64,000 nucleotides of DNA from Amoeboaphelidium protococcarum X5 (lineage: Eukaryota; Fungi; Aphelidiomycota), in NCBI GenBank assembly GCA_023515725.1, contig JALDTO010000098.1, positions 460,164 through 524,163 on the forward strand, written 5' to 3'. Shown here one piece after another: positions 1-13,305 of this stretch. Under the pieces are notes generated by a model, which was given only the letters and a program-made list of their open reading frames with translations, searched no databases and had not been told where the DNA came from. The position numbers were made by a program, and so were the translations under genes. Each line of letters starts with the position of its first letter. The stretch's first letter is position 1.

Positions 1-157
1 ATTCTGATAATATACTAATCCGCAACAACTTATTGCAGGCAGCTAGCTCTACAGCAGATATATATCGTTGATGATAATGTTGTTGTTAACCAGGAAGGAA
101 CAAATACGACGGTGAACAAGAAGAGCAAAACGATTTCTCCCCGACCAGAGAAAGCAT
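1..157 (-). CDS. Partial CDS running off the window edge; possible secreted or membrane protein N-terminus
   Basis: ATG at 157-155 opens a TGA-free frame MLSLVGEKSFLLFLFTVVFVPSWLTTTLS... with a hydrophobic signal-like stretch; no recognisable homology. Confidence 0.3.
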
Positions 158-671
158 CTCTTTTGTTTGTTTCAGCTTTGCCCATTCAATAGACTAGACA
201 GGACACGGTGCTTGAACTCAATCTTACTCATTTTAAAAATTTATAATTATATTTAGAGTTGTCCTTAGGATTGCTTAATATTTACTTATTTGGTTCAGAC
301 AGAAAGACATTTACAACATGTATCCTTCATTTTTCAAGTTCAAAATATATAAATTTCTAATCATCTTTACAGAGCTCAATATCTTGTTAGAATCGTGATA
401 AATTAATCAATGCCCGGGGAATACTGCGATAAAATATACATTGCATCAATTACACTCTCAGTGGTTATCTTTATTAACCAGAACGGTGTAGTAAGTGCGA
501 CAATTCATCACGGCGTATTTTCATGTCGCGACGATTGTTGGACTTGTGCTGTGTGTTCGTTCCATGTCGCGTTTCCTTTCAGCCAGATACGTCGCCCTTT
601 GTCACGTTTTTATATCGTCATTCCTGAACTTTATAGTCGTAAGCGAACCTTTGAATAGTAATAAAAATAAA

Positions 672-1604
672 ATGTTGAAATTGACGCGCTGTGGACTGTC
701 TATCACCGCAAAGGGTGGTTTCCGTTACAAGCATACTCTGCCAGACTTGCCTTATGACTAGTACGACTTGTTCTGACATCAGCTTGAGATATCATGACAA
801 TCTTGTGTGTAGTAATGCTCTAGAGCCTGTTGTATCTGGTAATTTATCGATCTAGGGATGTTGGAACTTTTGATGACGATATTCTGACAGCGATATAATG
901 TAGCTGAGATTATGCAACTGCATCACTAGAAGCATCACCAGGCTTATGTTAACAACCTGAACTTGGCTGAGGAGAAGTTGTATGAAGCCAAGAACAAGAA
1001 TGATCTGCCTGCGTCCATTGCACTGCAGTCGATGTTGAAGTTTAACGGTGGTGGCCACATTAACCACTCCATCTTCTGGACCAACTTGGCTCCAATCGCC
1101 AAGGGTGGTGGTGAACCTCCTAAGGGTAGGATTTTTTTATTAATTTTATATTTATTGCATCATTGCTGTATTACTTGAACTCCGTCTTATAGTGTAGGCA
1201 ACTTGCTTAATGCCATTCAGAAGGATTTTGCCAATATGGACAACTTTATCAAGAAGTTTAATACTTCAGCAGCGGCGGTTCAAGGCAGCGGTTGGTGTTG
1301 GCTGGTAAGATATCTTCTTTTGTGATCTTGGATCCCACATGAAATACTAAACTCTTTGATTCTCATAATATAATGTCAACTGTTGTAGGGATACAATAAA
1401 GTGACAAAGGGCCTGGAAATCTCCACTACACCGAATCAAGACCCGCTAGTGCTGAATGGTCTTGTGCCATTGTTGGGTATTGATGTGTGGGAACACGCAT
1501 ACTACCTGCAGTATAAGAATGTTCGTCCAGACTATTTGAAGGAAATCTGGCGTGTGGTGAACTGGGAGAATGTTGCAGAACGTTACATTTAAGCACAACA
1601 GTGA
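672..1604 (+). CDS. SOD2: Mitochondrial Mn superoxide dismutase, 4 introns (~761-812, 839-903, 1127-1197, 1304-1388)
   Basis: [14 protein letters not shown](TAG=Q)[43 protein letters not shown]; GT-AG introns; the frame reads through TAA at 1590 to TGA at 1602-1604. Confidence 0.97.
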
Positions 1605-1959
1605 GTTAGTTGGTGGAGTATATATTGTAGTGATTACAATGCTAATTGTGCAGAAATGATAATTGAATTTTGACAGTGAATACAAAAATTTGCGATTCAT
1701 ACATTTTCATTTAGACGATACAGCTCTGTAGTCAGACAAAGCGCGTCATACTGTAGTTTCAGTTCGAGTTCCGTCGCTCGCCCGCTCAGATCGTCGCGTT
1801 TCATCCCCGCTCGGATCAAATGAGCGATCTCAGTTCCATTGAATGTGAATTTGTTTCTCTTTACTGTACCATACTGTGTTTCTCTGCTGTACCAATCTAG
1901 TCTCGATATACATCCGTCTATCCATCTAAACCCAATATATTTTTATTAGATATTTCAGA

Positions 1960-3207
1960 ATGGAAGATTTGAAAAATATAGCCTATACAGTGGCAGAACC
2001 CGTTTTGACGTCCTTTGTGTTTATCACAACGGTTGTGGGCATAGTGTGCCTGCAGTAAATGTCACAATTGCTCTTGTATCTTGGTTTTATTGATGCTGCT
2101 CGTCACCATCAAAATATTGTACATACAAAATAGATATGGTGTGATTACTGTGTATTCCACTGGAAGTATTTTATGAAGACTGACTTTGTTATTCATGTTC
2201 CCAAAGTTGGATTTTCTGAAGATCATAGTACCATCTCTGCATCTTAAAATGGTTCAACATCATCAGCAGATTTGTAATAAGAGACTGCTCTACTTGATCT
2301 AAGTGAGAAATTATCTGGGACTAATGCAATGATAATATGTAACCATCAGCTCTATTTGGACTGGTTCTTTTTGTGGCTGCTCATAGATTTTATTACTGCC
2401 AGAACAAGATCAATGATGTCCAGTGTCACTGTGATATTGAAGAACTAACTCGCCAACATTTGGCTGGTGGGATATGGAATGACTAATTTTAATTTCATCT
2501 TTATGAACAGAAAATGGTCAGATGATAAGGATTCCCTATTGAATGGATTAAATCATTTGAGATCTATGGATTCGAATTACTGGCTAATGCTTTTCCCAGA
2601 AGGTACCACTTTGCACCCGATTACAAGGGAGTAGAGTGAGAAATATGCTGATAGATTAGACATGAAGACTGAGGATAGATTTTAGAACGTCCTGCTTCCA
2701 CGTGCTCGAGGAATGTATACCTGTTTAAGAGAACTTATTGGCGTTGAGTCGGGTGTTGAGGTGCGAGATCCTCTTAAATACGTGGTGGATGTTACATTTG
2801 CATTTGATAAGATTAAGGCTGGCGATACACCGGAATTTATATACCCCATTCTAAAGTGTTATCTCTGGCCAGCAATGTTCCCCCTAGACAATCTTCACCT
2901 ATACATTGACATTATAGATGCTGAGGATATACCATGCAGGGAGGAAGTGGAGAAATTTGAGCGGTGGCTGTTTGATCGTTTCTAGAAGAAGGAAGAGCTA
3001 TTGCGGCAGTATTATCGTGATGGACGGTTTTAAGATTCTACTTTGCATTAGAAGGTTGTTATCGATGCTACGTACAACCACGACAAACGTTAAAGTATGG
3101 CGCAAATGATGCAGTTCTATGTCGCTGCTGGTATTTTCGGTCTAAGCGTCGCCATCAGAACTATGGTTCCATGGTTCATATCAAAGTTATAACGAAGGAC
3201 ATACTGA
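1960..3207 (+). CDS. Lysophospholipid acyltransferase (LCLAT1/AGPAT3-5-like, PlsC family)
   Basis: CNHQLYLDW (NHxxxxD), FIFMNRKW, LMLFPEGT and NVLLPR motifs; continuous frame with TAR=Gln; ends in TGA. Confidence 0.88.
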
Positions 3208-3243
3208 TTACCATATAAGAACGGCTATGATTGATATTTACAT

Positions 3244-4317
<1,074 letters not shown>

Positions 4318-4507
4318 ACTCACTTAATAGCGCACCCACACAGAACTTTGAATCTCAATGGCAACTTCAATCAAATGTCAATTCATCATCAAATACTTTC
4401 GTCGCGTTGTTCAGCTCGCGTCTCCCTCTCAATTTTGGCTCTACGTCTTTTATTCATCTGTGTATCAGCATATCTAAAGAGTACTATAGTATCGCTGCTC
4501 ATCAATA

Positions 4508-7240
4508 ATGCCTAGTTATAATATAGAAGGGACGTAAATTGAGTTTCCGTATGATGCGTATGATCTCCAATTGAATTTTATGGCGACAATCATCAGAGCG
4601 CTGAACACTTCCACAAATGCTCTGATCGAAAGTCCTACAGGAACTGGTAAAGCGATATCTCTGCTCTGTCCGACTCTGGCATGGCTCTAGTAGTAGAATC
4701 AGAAGAAATCACTTGATAACTACAAGATTTACTTTGCATCCAGGACACATAGTCAACTCTCTCAGATCATCAAGGAACTGAAGCGGTCTGCATACCGCAA
4801 AGTTAAGATGGCAATACTCGGCTCCAGAGATTAGATGTGCGTCAACGACCAAGTGAGAACGTTGAATACTTAGGGCGCGCGTAATGCTAAATGCAAGAAA
4901 CTGGTACAGGAAAGATAATGTGAGTTCTCCAATAATACCCACAAGGTGATCGACATTCTGGATATTGAAGAGTTGACTCTGTATGGTCGGTAACATACAT
5001 AATGCCCGTATTACATATCTAAAGAAAATCAGACGAATGCTGAATTGATTGTGCTTCCATACAACTATCTGATTGATCCACATTAGCGAGAGTTGATGAA
5101 TATCTCACTGAAGAATGCAATTCTCATCTTTGATGAATCTCATAATTTGGAGAGCTTTTGTAATGAATCTGCGTCCTTTGAGATTACATCTAGGGATGTC
5201 TAGTAGTCTCTAAATGACTTGTAACAACTTAAGTCATATCTGCAGTCCAATAGCAGTGGTTCATCTGCAGTAGATGTTTAGGGTATCGAATAAATTCGCG
5301 ATATGATAGCATCCTTTGGCGAGTTGATAGAACAGAATATGAGTGGTAGTAAAAGTGGTATTGTAACACAGAATGGGTAATTTATCAAGGATTTATTCTA
5401 GCAGGTACATGTTGAAATTTCAAACTACGAGAGGTACATCAGTGTGCTTAATGATATAGAGCAGTTGCTTAATGACTTGAAAAGAGTCAATTCAAGTATT
5501 TCCATATGGGCGGATGCTCTTAGGATTGTCTTTACAACTGCAGAGTTGAGCAGTTGTTTTAAGGTTCATTTGAAGCAGGATTAGCAATAGTAACAGTTTC
5601 ATCGTCAGCAGATCTCATTTCATAGTAAGGTTAAAAATGGTGGATGGGTGTTGAATCTGTGGTGCTTTGCTCCCAGTGTAGCTATGAGAAGACTTATGGC
5701 AGATGGTGCGAGATCTATTATCCTTGCCAGTGGAACTCTGTCTCCTTTAGACTCTTTTGCCTCTGAAATGGGGATTCCGTTCAAGGAAGTGCTGTAGAAT
5801 CCGCATATTATTAAGAATGACTAGTTGCTGGTTGGTGTTCTTACTAAAGGCCCAATGCAGGTTTCCTTTAATGCATCTTATGAAAATCGGAGCGCATCTG
5901 CTTATTTAGCAGATTTGGGGAATGCTTTGGTGAATTTTGCGCGGATAGTTCCGAGTGGTATGTTGGTGTTCTTCCCGTCTTATGTAGTAATGTAGAACTG
6001 CATTCAATCATGGACTGAGTAGAAGGCTGGCCAGACTGACTGTGTTATGTCACGATTGAAGAAGTTGAAAGAGGTCTTTACGGAGCCGAAAGATAAAAAT
6101 CAATTTAATGACTTCATTTTGGAATACTATGCTCTGGTCAAGGATCCCCAACATTCTGGTGCCATCTTCTTTGCCGTGTGTAGAGGTAAAGCTAGTGAAG
6201 GTATTGATTTCAGTGATGGCAAAGGTCGTGCTGTAGTTATTACTGGTCTACCGTTCCCGGCTCTCAAAGATGCCAAGGTGGTATTTAAGAGATAATTTTT
6301 GGATGACAATAAGCAATTCGGATTAAGTGGTAGTACATGGTATACTCAATAAGCTTATCGAGCTGTCAACTAAGCTCTGGGCCGTGTTATTAGACATAAG
6401 AATGACTGGGGTGCGATACTGTTGTGTGATGAACGATTCTCTCAACAGTCTGTAATTGATAAACTTCCTAAATGGCTTCGAGATTAAGTTCAGGTGTTTA
6501 AACAGTTTGGCGAGGCACAATTTTAATTGCGCCAGTTTATATCAGCCAGAGTATAGTGGGACAAGGAGAATATGCAGAATTTTCCTGTTGACTTAAAATC
6601 TGTCACCGAAGATTAGGCAGCGTCAAAAGCTGGAGTGGCTAATGACAATATGTAAATTGGTATGCAGGAATCTGGATCTCTTACTCTTAAAATTAAACAG
6701 AAAGCGATTGTTTCAAGCGTGGAACAGGTTCATAACGAACAAGTATAGCCTTAAGATGATCGGGTAGATCTTCAATCAAAGATTGTCGTCTTCAAGAGCT
6801 AGCTGAAGTAATTCTTAAGTTCAGAGGAGTATAAGTCGTTCCAATAATATGTGAAGGAATACAAAGGTAGAAAAATCCGATTTGAACAAATGATCAGCTC
6901 CATGCTCACTCTATTAGATCACAAGGATAAATATCACCTGTTCAGAGGAATGCAATCGTTTGTTCCAAAGCATTATCACGAATAGTTTTAGAACGCTTGG
7001 CACTTGCTCGAAGGTAAGTATAAGTAGCAGTCAGATGCAGTCAAGAGTGCTAAATAGTAGAATAAATTCATGGTATGTACAATATGCAAGAAGGATGTTG
7101 TGTCACCATTCAAAAATAAATGCGGACACATCGCTTGTCACAACTGTTGGGTAATCCTCTTCAAAGTGTAGAATAATTGTATGATCTGCCAAAGTCCCGC
7201 GTCCCTGCGCCTACTTGAAAAGCTATATTATAGATGCTGA
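4508..7240 (+). CDS. RTEL1: RTEL1-type Fe-S DEAH DNA helicase with C-terminal harmonin-N-like domain and RING finger
   Basis: [62 protein letters not shown]; C-terminal [17 protein letters not shown]; single 911-codon frame with TAR=Gln. Confidence 0.9.
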
Positions 7241-7446
7241 ATGGATTTGGGCGAATGAAAGATTATATCTCATACTCTATATGGTCTCTTAAAGTTCCAA
7301 GATACACACACCTACGGTGATCAATGTCGATCAGTCAGAAACGCGACGTGACTTTTCTGTTTCAGCGGCGCTTTCGTTTTCTTTCCTTCCCATTTCTTCT
7401 GCTGTTTTGATTATCTTTTTTGAGTTCTAATTACCGTGAAATAGTT

Positions 7447-9333
7447 ATGATTTAGGACATACTTAGGCGTTCAGTGAGGACTATATTTCTCACTGATAAT
7501 GTGGAAAGGGAGATTTATTGGATTCTTGTGATATTTAGATATCTTTTGCTGCTGCTTTTGATTTTGATGGGGACTCTTGGTGTATCGTTTGCGATATAGG
7601 ATATTCTACATTTGTATGCTCTGATGCGATATGGCATCCACAATTCTAATAATGCCACGTCTTCCCCTGGAACTTTGAATATTGGTCATAGAAGTGATTT
7701 CAATGCCTCAACTATCATCAAGAGTCTGATCATTGGTATTGTTGTGTTTATAGTTCCCCGAATGTTGTGGTCATGGTGGATTTACGGTGTTCCATTCCAG
7801 CAGTAAATGATACAGAACCAACAGCAGCCTGGTTAAGTAGATGATTCTAATAGAGCTGGTGATAATACTCACAATTAATCTCAGTCACCTCAGTCTGATT
7901 TGAATTAATACCTTCCTCAGTCTAAACTCTTTGTACCTTAGTCTATTGATTCTCTTACACATACTAGGTAAAAGTACGTGAGATTGATCAATGAAGTTGG
8001 TCATTGGGCGTAATAACATCTTAAACTCCGTAATCAGGATTCTCAAAAGATTATTAAGCCATTCTTGAACAGAACAGAGAGTGTGTTCAGGTAGATTGAT
8101 TTCATTAATAAGGAAGCTGTGAATCGCGATACGCCTCTGACAGTGCTCGTAGTTGGTAGAAGGAAATGTGGAAAGAGTTAAATGATTAAAGCCTTAGCTA
8201 GTGATAATAATCTGCAATCTCAAGTTGCATTTGTTGGAGTTAAAGGATGTGTTATTACCTAGTCGAAAGTTGCACTTTAAGGTGGAACTTTGGTGAACTT
8301 TTATGAACTATCCCTAGATTATGGAGCGTCTGTTGAACAGTTTGACTCAAATAATTCAGTTGTAAATGACAGCGTATCTATTCAGACATTTGTACAGTTT
8401 GTCAAGACTTTAAAGTTTGTCCCTGATCTTATTTTGCATGTGATGGACAGCAAATAATCCGGTTCTAATGTTGGAGTGGAAATGGAGATTGTATAGTATA
8501 TGTACTGGGTATAATAGTAGCAATTTTATGCTCAATTCACAACTTTGATTCCATTGATTTGCGTACTGAGTAAGGTTGATGATTTATACCCTGCTGATTT
8601 AAAGAAGCCAAGTGATTATGATTCTATCAAAAAGTAAAATATTGCTGAATGTGAATAAGTGTGCAAGCAATTCAAGGTTATTCAAAAAGACTCTTTACAT
8701 CCGTGGAAGCGAATTAGTCTGAAATACGCGCATGTTGTCCCCATAACTGGACTATTCTATGCAGATTGGCGAAGAGATTACAGGTACAACATTGATAAAT
8801 TATCTATTCTTTTCTAGTAGAAATAGTTTGGTAAAGTTGCGATTAAGCAGTTGGATAATCATATTGTGTTCGCTACTCATATTACTGATCTGTTAAAGTA
8901 AGTGTCTTAAACCATGGCCATGTAGAATGCAGATTTTATGAACAAGTATCAGCTGCTATTGTTCTTGGTGTCATTGATTTCTCTTGAACTGGCATCGAAC
9001 TAGTCACTCATTACTAAAGAAGATGGTGCACATACAGATATCAAATTCAACGTAGACGATCCTATATCTATAGCAAATGCTGTCAAAGATTTTTGGCTCA
9101 ATCTTGGAGTGAAGAACTTGACTTACCACGGTTTGAAAACAACAGCTGCAGAACTGATCAATGAGATTCCAATGGGCCACGTAATCAATTAAGTACTAAC
9201 TAATGTCAGTGGAGTTTAACTGGGACTCTCAGATCTAATTGAACGTCTGGGCCATGCCAGTATTGCATACTTTATAGAGAGAACTTCGCATTAATTGGTA
9301 AGTGATACATTTGCTGGCAGGTCCTCTTACTGA
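7447..9333 (+). CDS. Membrane-anchored P-loop GTPase-like protein (Era/MMR_HSR1-like, degenerate)
   Basis: 629-codon TGA-free frame; 2 N-terminal hydrophobic segments; TVLVVGRRKCGKS (G1), PDLILHVMD, LICVLSKVDDLYP (G4), YRYNIDKL, C-terminal LGHASIAYFIE. Confidence 0.65.
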
Positions 9334-9457
9334 TTAATGAATTATCTGTGGAAAATTAAAGATAATCACACATAGACTGGCAATCTACTTGTCAATTAGG
9401 CGAGAGATTAAAACTGTAAAATAGATTATTGCAGCATAAACACTTTGTACAAGGATA

Positions 9458-10000
9458 TCATAATTCGCCACACTCTTTGATGGTGATACGGAGTTTAGGA
9501 GTGTCATCTACAGCGTTAGTAGATACATTGTCCATTCTAGTTAGAACAGAGTAACCATCTAGAACGCGTCCAAAAACTACATTCTATCCATTAAGACTTG
9601 ATAATGGACACATAGTGATAAAGAACTAACACCCATTCGAATCAGGACCAGAGTTGGCCATTGACAGTAGACCGGCGCGATCATGCGGTACGTCAAAGCT
9701 CTCATCTTCAAATCGCGGACCATATATTGACATTTATCCCGTACCATCGCCTTTAATAAAATCGCCACCTTGAATGATTTATCCTTTAATCTTTCGATGG
9801 AATATCGAGTCTTTATATCCACAGGGCTTTCCGCTGATCTTAAACTCTCCAGTGATCATTTGACGGAAATTCTCTGCCGTTCGAGGCACCGCATCAGCAA
9901 ATAACTCTATCACTACTCTACCAGCATCTTATTTACCAATTACGATATCCATAAACACGATTGGATTTCCTCTTTTCGGAGCAAGAATTTATTACGACAT
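9458..10000 (-). CDS. PPIH: Cyclophilin-type PPIase, PPIH (U4/U6 CypH)-like
   Basis: [69 protein letters not shown](TAG=Q)FFIT, VVFGRV. Confidence 0.85.
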
Positions 10001-10118
10001 TATATTCTGATGATTTTGCTGATCTCTAATGATCTTAGCTATCTTTTCCCACTTTCTTGTTCAAGTCTCTTATTTGCTAAAAACAAAGCCTTGATCTTTA
10101 TTACGTCAATTAATAGGA

Positions 10119-10514
10119 ATGAGCTCTAAACTTGCTGAAGCTTAATAACTGCTGGGATATGTCATGAGCACTTAGATGCCAAATATGGTCAAAGTACGCG
10201 TACCTAAAGTGGTGCACTTGGAAAAGTACGGAGTTGATCGCGTCCGACATGGTTCATATCATGCGTATGATAGCACTGGGAAATGCCTGGTTGGCGATCA
10301 GGTGAAAATAGTCAGAGTACCGCGTATTACAAAGAGCTGTGCATTTGCCGTAGCTGATATTGTGAAATCTGCAGATAGATTTGTGGATGAGCGAACAGGA
10401 TTTGTATACACCAATGGCACTCTTAATATCCCCGTTGGAGTCAAGGATCCATCCACTGGCCAAATCAGGAATACAATCACCAATGAGGAATATAAAAAGA
10501 TGGGTATTATTTGA
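10119..10514 (+). CDS. MRPS17: Mitochondrial ribosomal protein uS17m
   Basis: LLGYVMSTQMPNMVKVRV...HLEKY...YHAYD...CLVGDQVKI..VPRITKSCAFAV, an S17 OB-fold pattern; start extends upstream through TAA/TAG. Confidence 0.75.
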
Positions 10515-10604
10515 ATATACTAAATAGAGTATTAATATTCGAATACCGATAAAATATTAATCAAAAGCAGTTTTATAACCGTCATTTATTATAATTAATC
10601 ACAT

Positions 10605-11267
10605 TCACAGTTTCTTCTTACCTTCATCTGGGCTACTACCCATAACAGCCTGCAGTTTATCAGCACCAGCTGCTCTGTTGCCACGCTTATTCAGATCATG
10701 ACGCTGTGCATGCTTCAACTCCTTTTACAACTACTCAACCTACTCACCAGAATCTGCAGCCTTCAAGTGAGGCGAGACGCGCTTCTGTGGTGGCCCCATA
10801 TGGACCTTCTAATCAGCCTTGTCAGTGATCTCCTGCGCGGCATCTTCTCCAATGTGCTTCTTCAGAGCCTCGATCTGAGTCTAGTACTTGACAGCCTCTC
10901 CGATCATGGCAAAGGTGCGATTCAACAGCAGAGACATGAATAGCGTAAATCCAGTCAGGTACATATTTCTCTGCGCACGGAACAGCTTCATGTACATCTA
11001 CGCTTCATTCACAGTATTCTAAGGCGTGAACTGGTTGGTACTCTGGTCTTTACCAACAGCCAGTCTCAAACTATCCAGGAAGAGTACGAATATGAATACA
11101 AACGCAATCTTGAGATAGTAATGTAGCCACGCCAGCGCAGTAGATTTAGCACAGAATTCAAACAGTCTCTTGCGCCATAAAACTGGCATAGGCAGCGAAA
11201 TCAGAGCAGTGAGGGTCATCTCAAAGATGAGCACACAAAACACAAAAGTATAATGCAATGTTGTCAT
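10605..11267 (-). CDS. BAP31: BAP29/BAP31 (Yet1/Yet3) ER membrane protein
   Basis: MTTLHYTFVF..LIFEM, FVLFLDSLR, MKLFRAQRNMYLTGFTLFMSLLL, C-terminal coiled coil and KKxx-type tail GKKKL*. Confidence 0.9.
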
Positions 11268-11942
11268 TTCCTAGGCTAGGATTCGATTAGATACGTTTAT
11301 CGTCAATAGTTTACAAGAATTAAAATATTCCAATTAGACAGTCGTCGCTGGTCAGTTACGATTTCTACTTACGATGGATAGTGTGTGTAAGGTTACAATT
11401 ATGACAATTGGCGAATCCTCAGCGCGATCACAACAGGTCAGTCATCGTTGAGTCACCCACTGTTGATCAAATCATGCAATTTGAATTGTTCACACACACA
11501 CACAAACTCAGAATGTCTAACGCGATAATGCTGATAGAAATTGAAGACTATATTTTCTTATCATAGGTCCTTAATGCCTATACTGTACAGTAGTCTATTA
11601 ATCATGTCAATCTAAAGTTGCGACAATAAGTGGCTTTTACGGGCGCGTTATAACTCACCAGCCTCTTGTTCGCTAATCAACACAAAGTTCTACCACCAGA
11701 CCCTTTAGAATTAAATATTTACATCTTTATTATGAAATCATATTTTGTAAGAACAAGATTACACTGAAGTGTAGTCATGTTATCCGCGATCTATTGCAGG
11801 GAACGAATCTTGGTTGGGTGCTATGAAGAGTCTGCTGTACTGAAGAGATGATCCCCAGCTGCTCAAAGTAAAGTGAAGCAATCACAATAGAGTCTAAAGC
11901 CATCATATCTGAAATTGGCAGCTCACAAAGGCGAACACCTGG

Positions 11943-12620
11943 ATGTAATAGCTCTAGGAGTGTGAAGGTCGCGTCGTTGTGGGCTATTATACGAGTTCAA
12001 ACTTGTTGTTGGTTTGGAGTCTTTGTGCTAAAAGGTTGCACACACATATATATATGCATCCAACTGAAGCTGATACATATGTCGTGTCTGGCGAGAAATT
12101 TGCTATTGCTGCCTTCCGCTCTGTTATCAGTTTGGCATTATAAAAATGCAAGTCTTTGGCAACAGAGCTGTGTTTACCTGCACTATCTGCTGAAGATTTG
12201 CTTTCTGATAATGTTTAAGACCAGACGCCTGGGTATGGTCTTGGCTCGGTATTTCTGGCCGCTAATTCTCATACAGTCTAGACGTCTCTCCTGGCTTTCA
12301 TTAAAAGGCACAGGTTGCTCATGCTGGATAAGCGAGCCGTGCTGAGAGTCTACAGAAGCTTCTCAACTCCTCTGCTGGAGCTTCTCCTTTGGCTAATGCA
12401 TGTGCTAAGTGGCTAGCCTGGGCGCGCCTCTGAGATGGTTGAATACACTCTCGTCAACCTGCCAACTGCTCCACGTACTGTTATGCAGGTCATGTCTACT
12501 ATCGCGTGTGTACCATGGGTATAACAAGACAGACTCTCTGTCTGGTACCTAAAAGTCTCTGGGAAGGTTCTTCTGTCCTGCTTTGGATTCGCTTTGTTCT
12601 AGTTTATCAAGCTGGATGAT
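11943..12620 (+). pseudogene. Frameshifted fragment resembling the N-terminal region of fungal telomere-linked RecQ helicase (TLH)/DUF3505-associated proteins; tyrosine-recombinase-like motifs
   Basis: LLELLLWLMHVLSG(Q)PGRASEM..YTLVN...PRTV, then after a +1 shift at ~12517 YNKTDSLSGT(Q)KSLGRFF; upstream frames interrupted by TGA. Confidence 0.5.
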
Positions 12621-13305
12621 GCTCTATTTTAAAGCTATTGGTGCGTTATTGAAATTTTTTTTGTGAATTGCAGCCAATTGGTAGCTGGCTGGTGTAAGGA
12701 GGATTCGGACAAAGTAAAAGAATTGTTCAAGGATCTCTTCTGCTTAATGCCGGATGGCTGTCTAAAAGGTGGAATTCTTCTACGCTGTATCACTCTGGCA
12801 TTTGGCGCTGGAATAAAATGCCAGTTAATCCAATGTTGGGCATACGCGCCCACCCTTCATGTAACAATGATGGAGCCTTAAGTTCCGACAAGCTTTAAAT
12901 AGACTGTTGAAACTTTTCTCCTGAGTTACAGCGAGAAATGGCCGACTCTCAAACGAATTGCAGAGATTGTCCTCAGTATAAAGTAATCCTCGATGAGATG
13001 TTTAAAACATGGAAATGGTATATAATTTAAATCAGATCATCATGAAATTGACTTTTTTAGATACCTAAATAGACAACTTTAAATGTATTGAGAGCAAGTT
13101 TTTAACATGATTTAACCACTCTATTCTCGATCTGATGTAAACATCTCAACTCAGGTTAGCTTCGAGCAACGAAGCGCCTACAGTGGCCACACAACTTTCT
13201 CGCCGCGCGTTCATTCAATCTCTCGTAAAGCAACCGTAAAACTACTACTCCTATCATCGAGTCTATATTTGCGATTCAATTAAACTAACGTCAAAGAGTA
13301 CTAAA

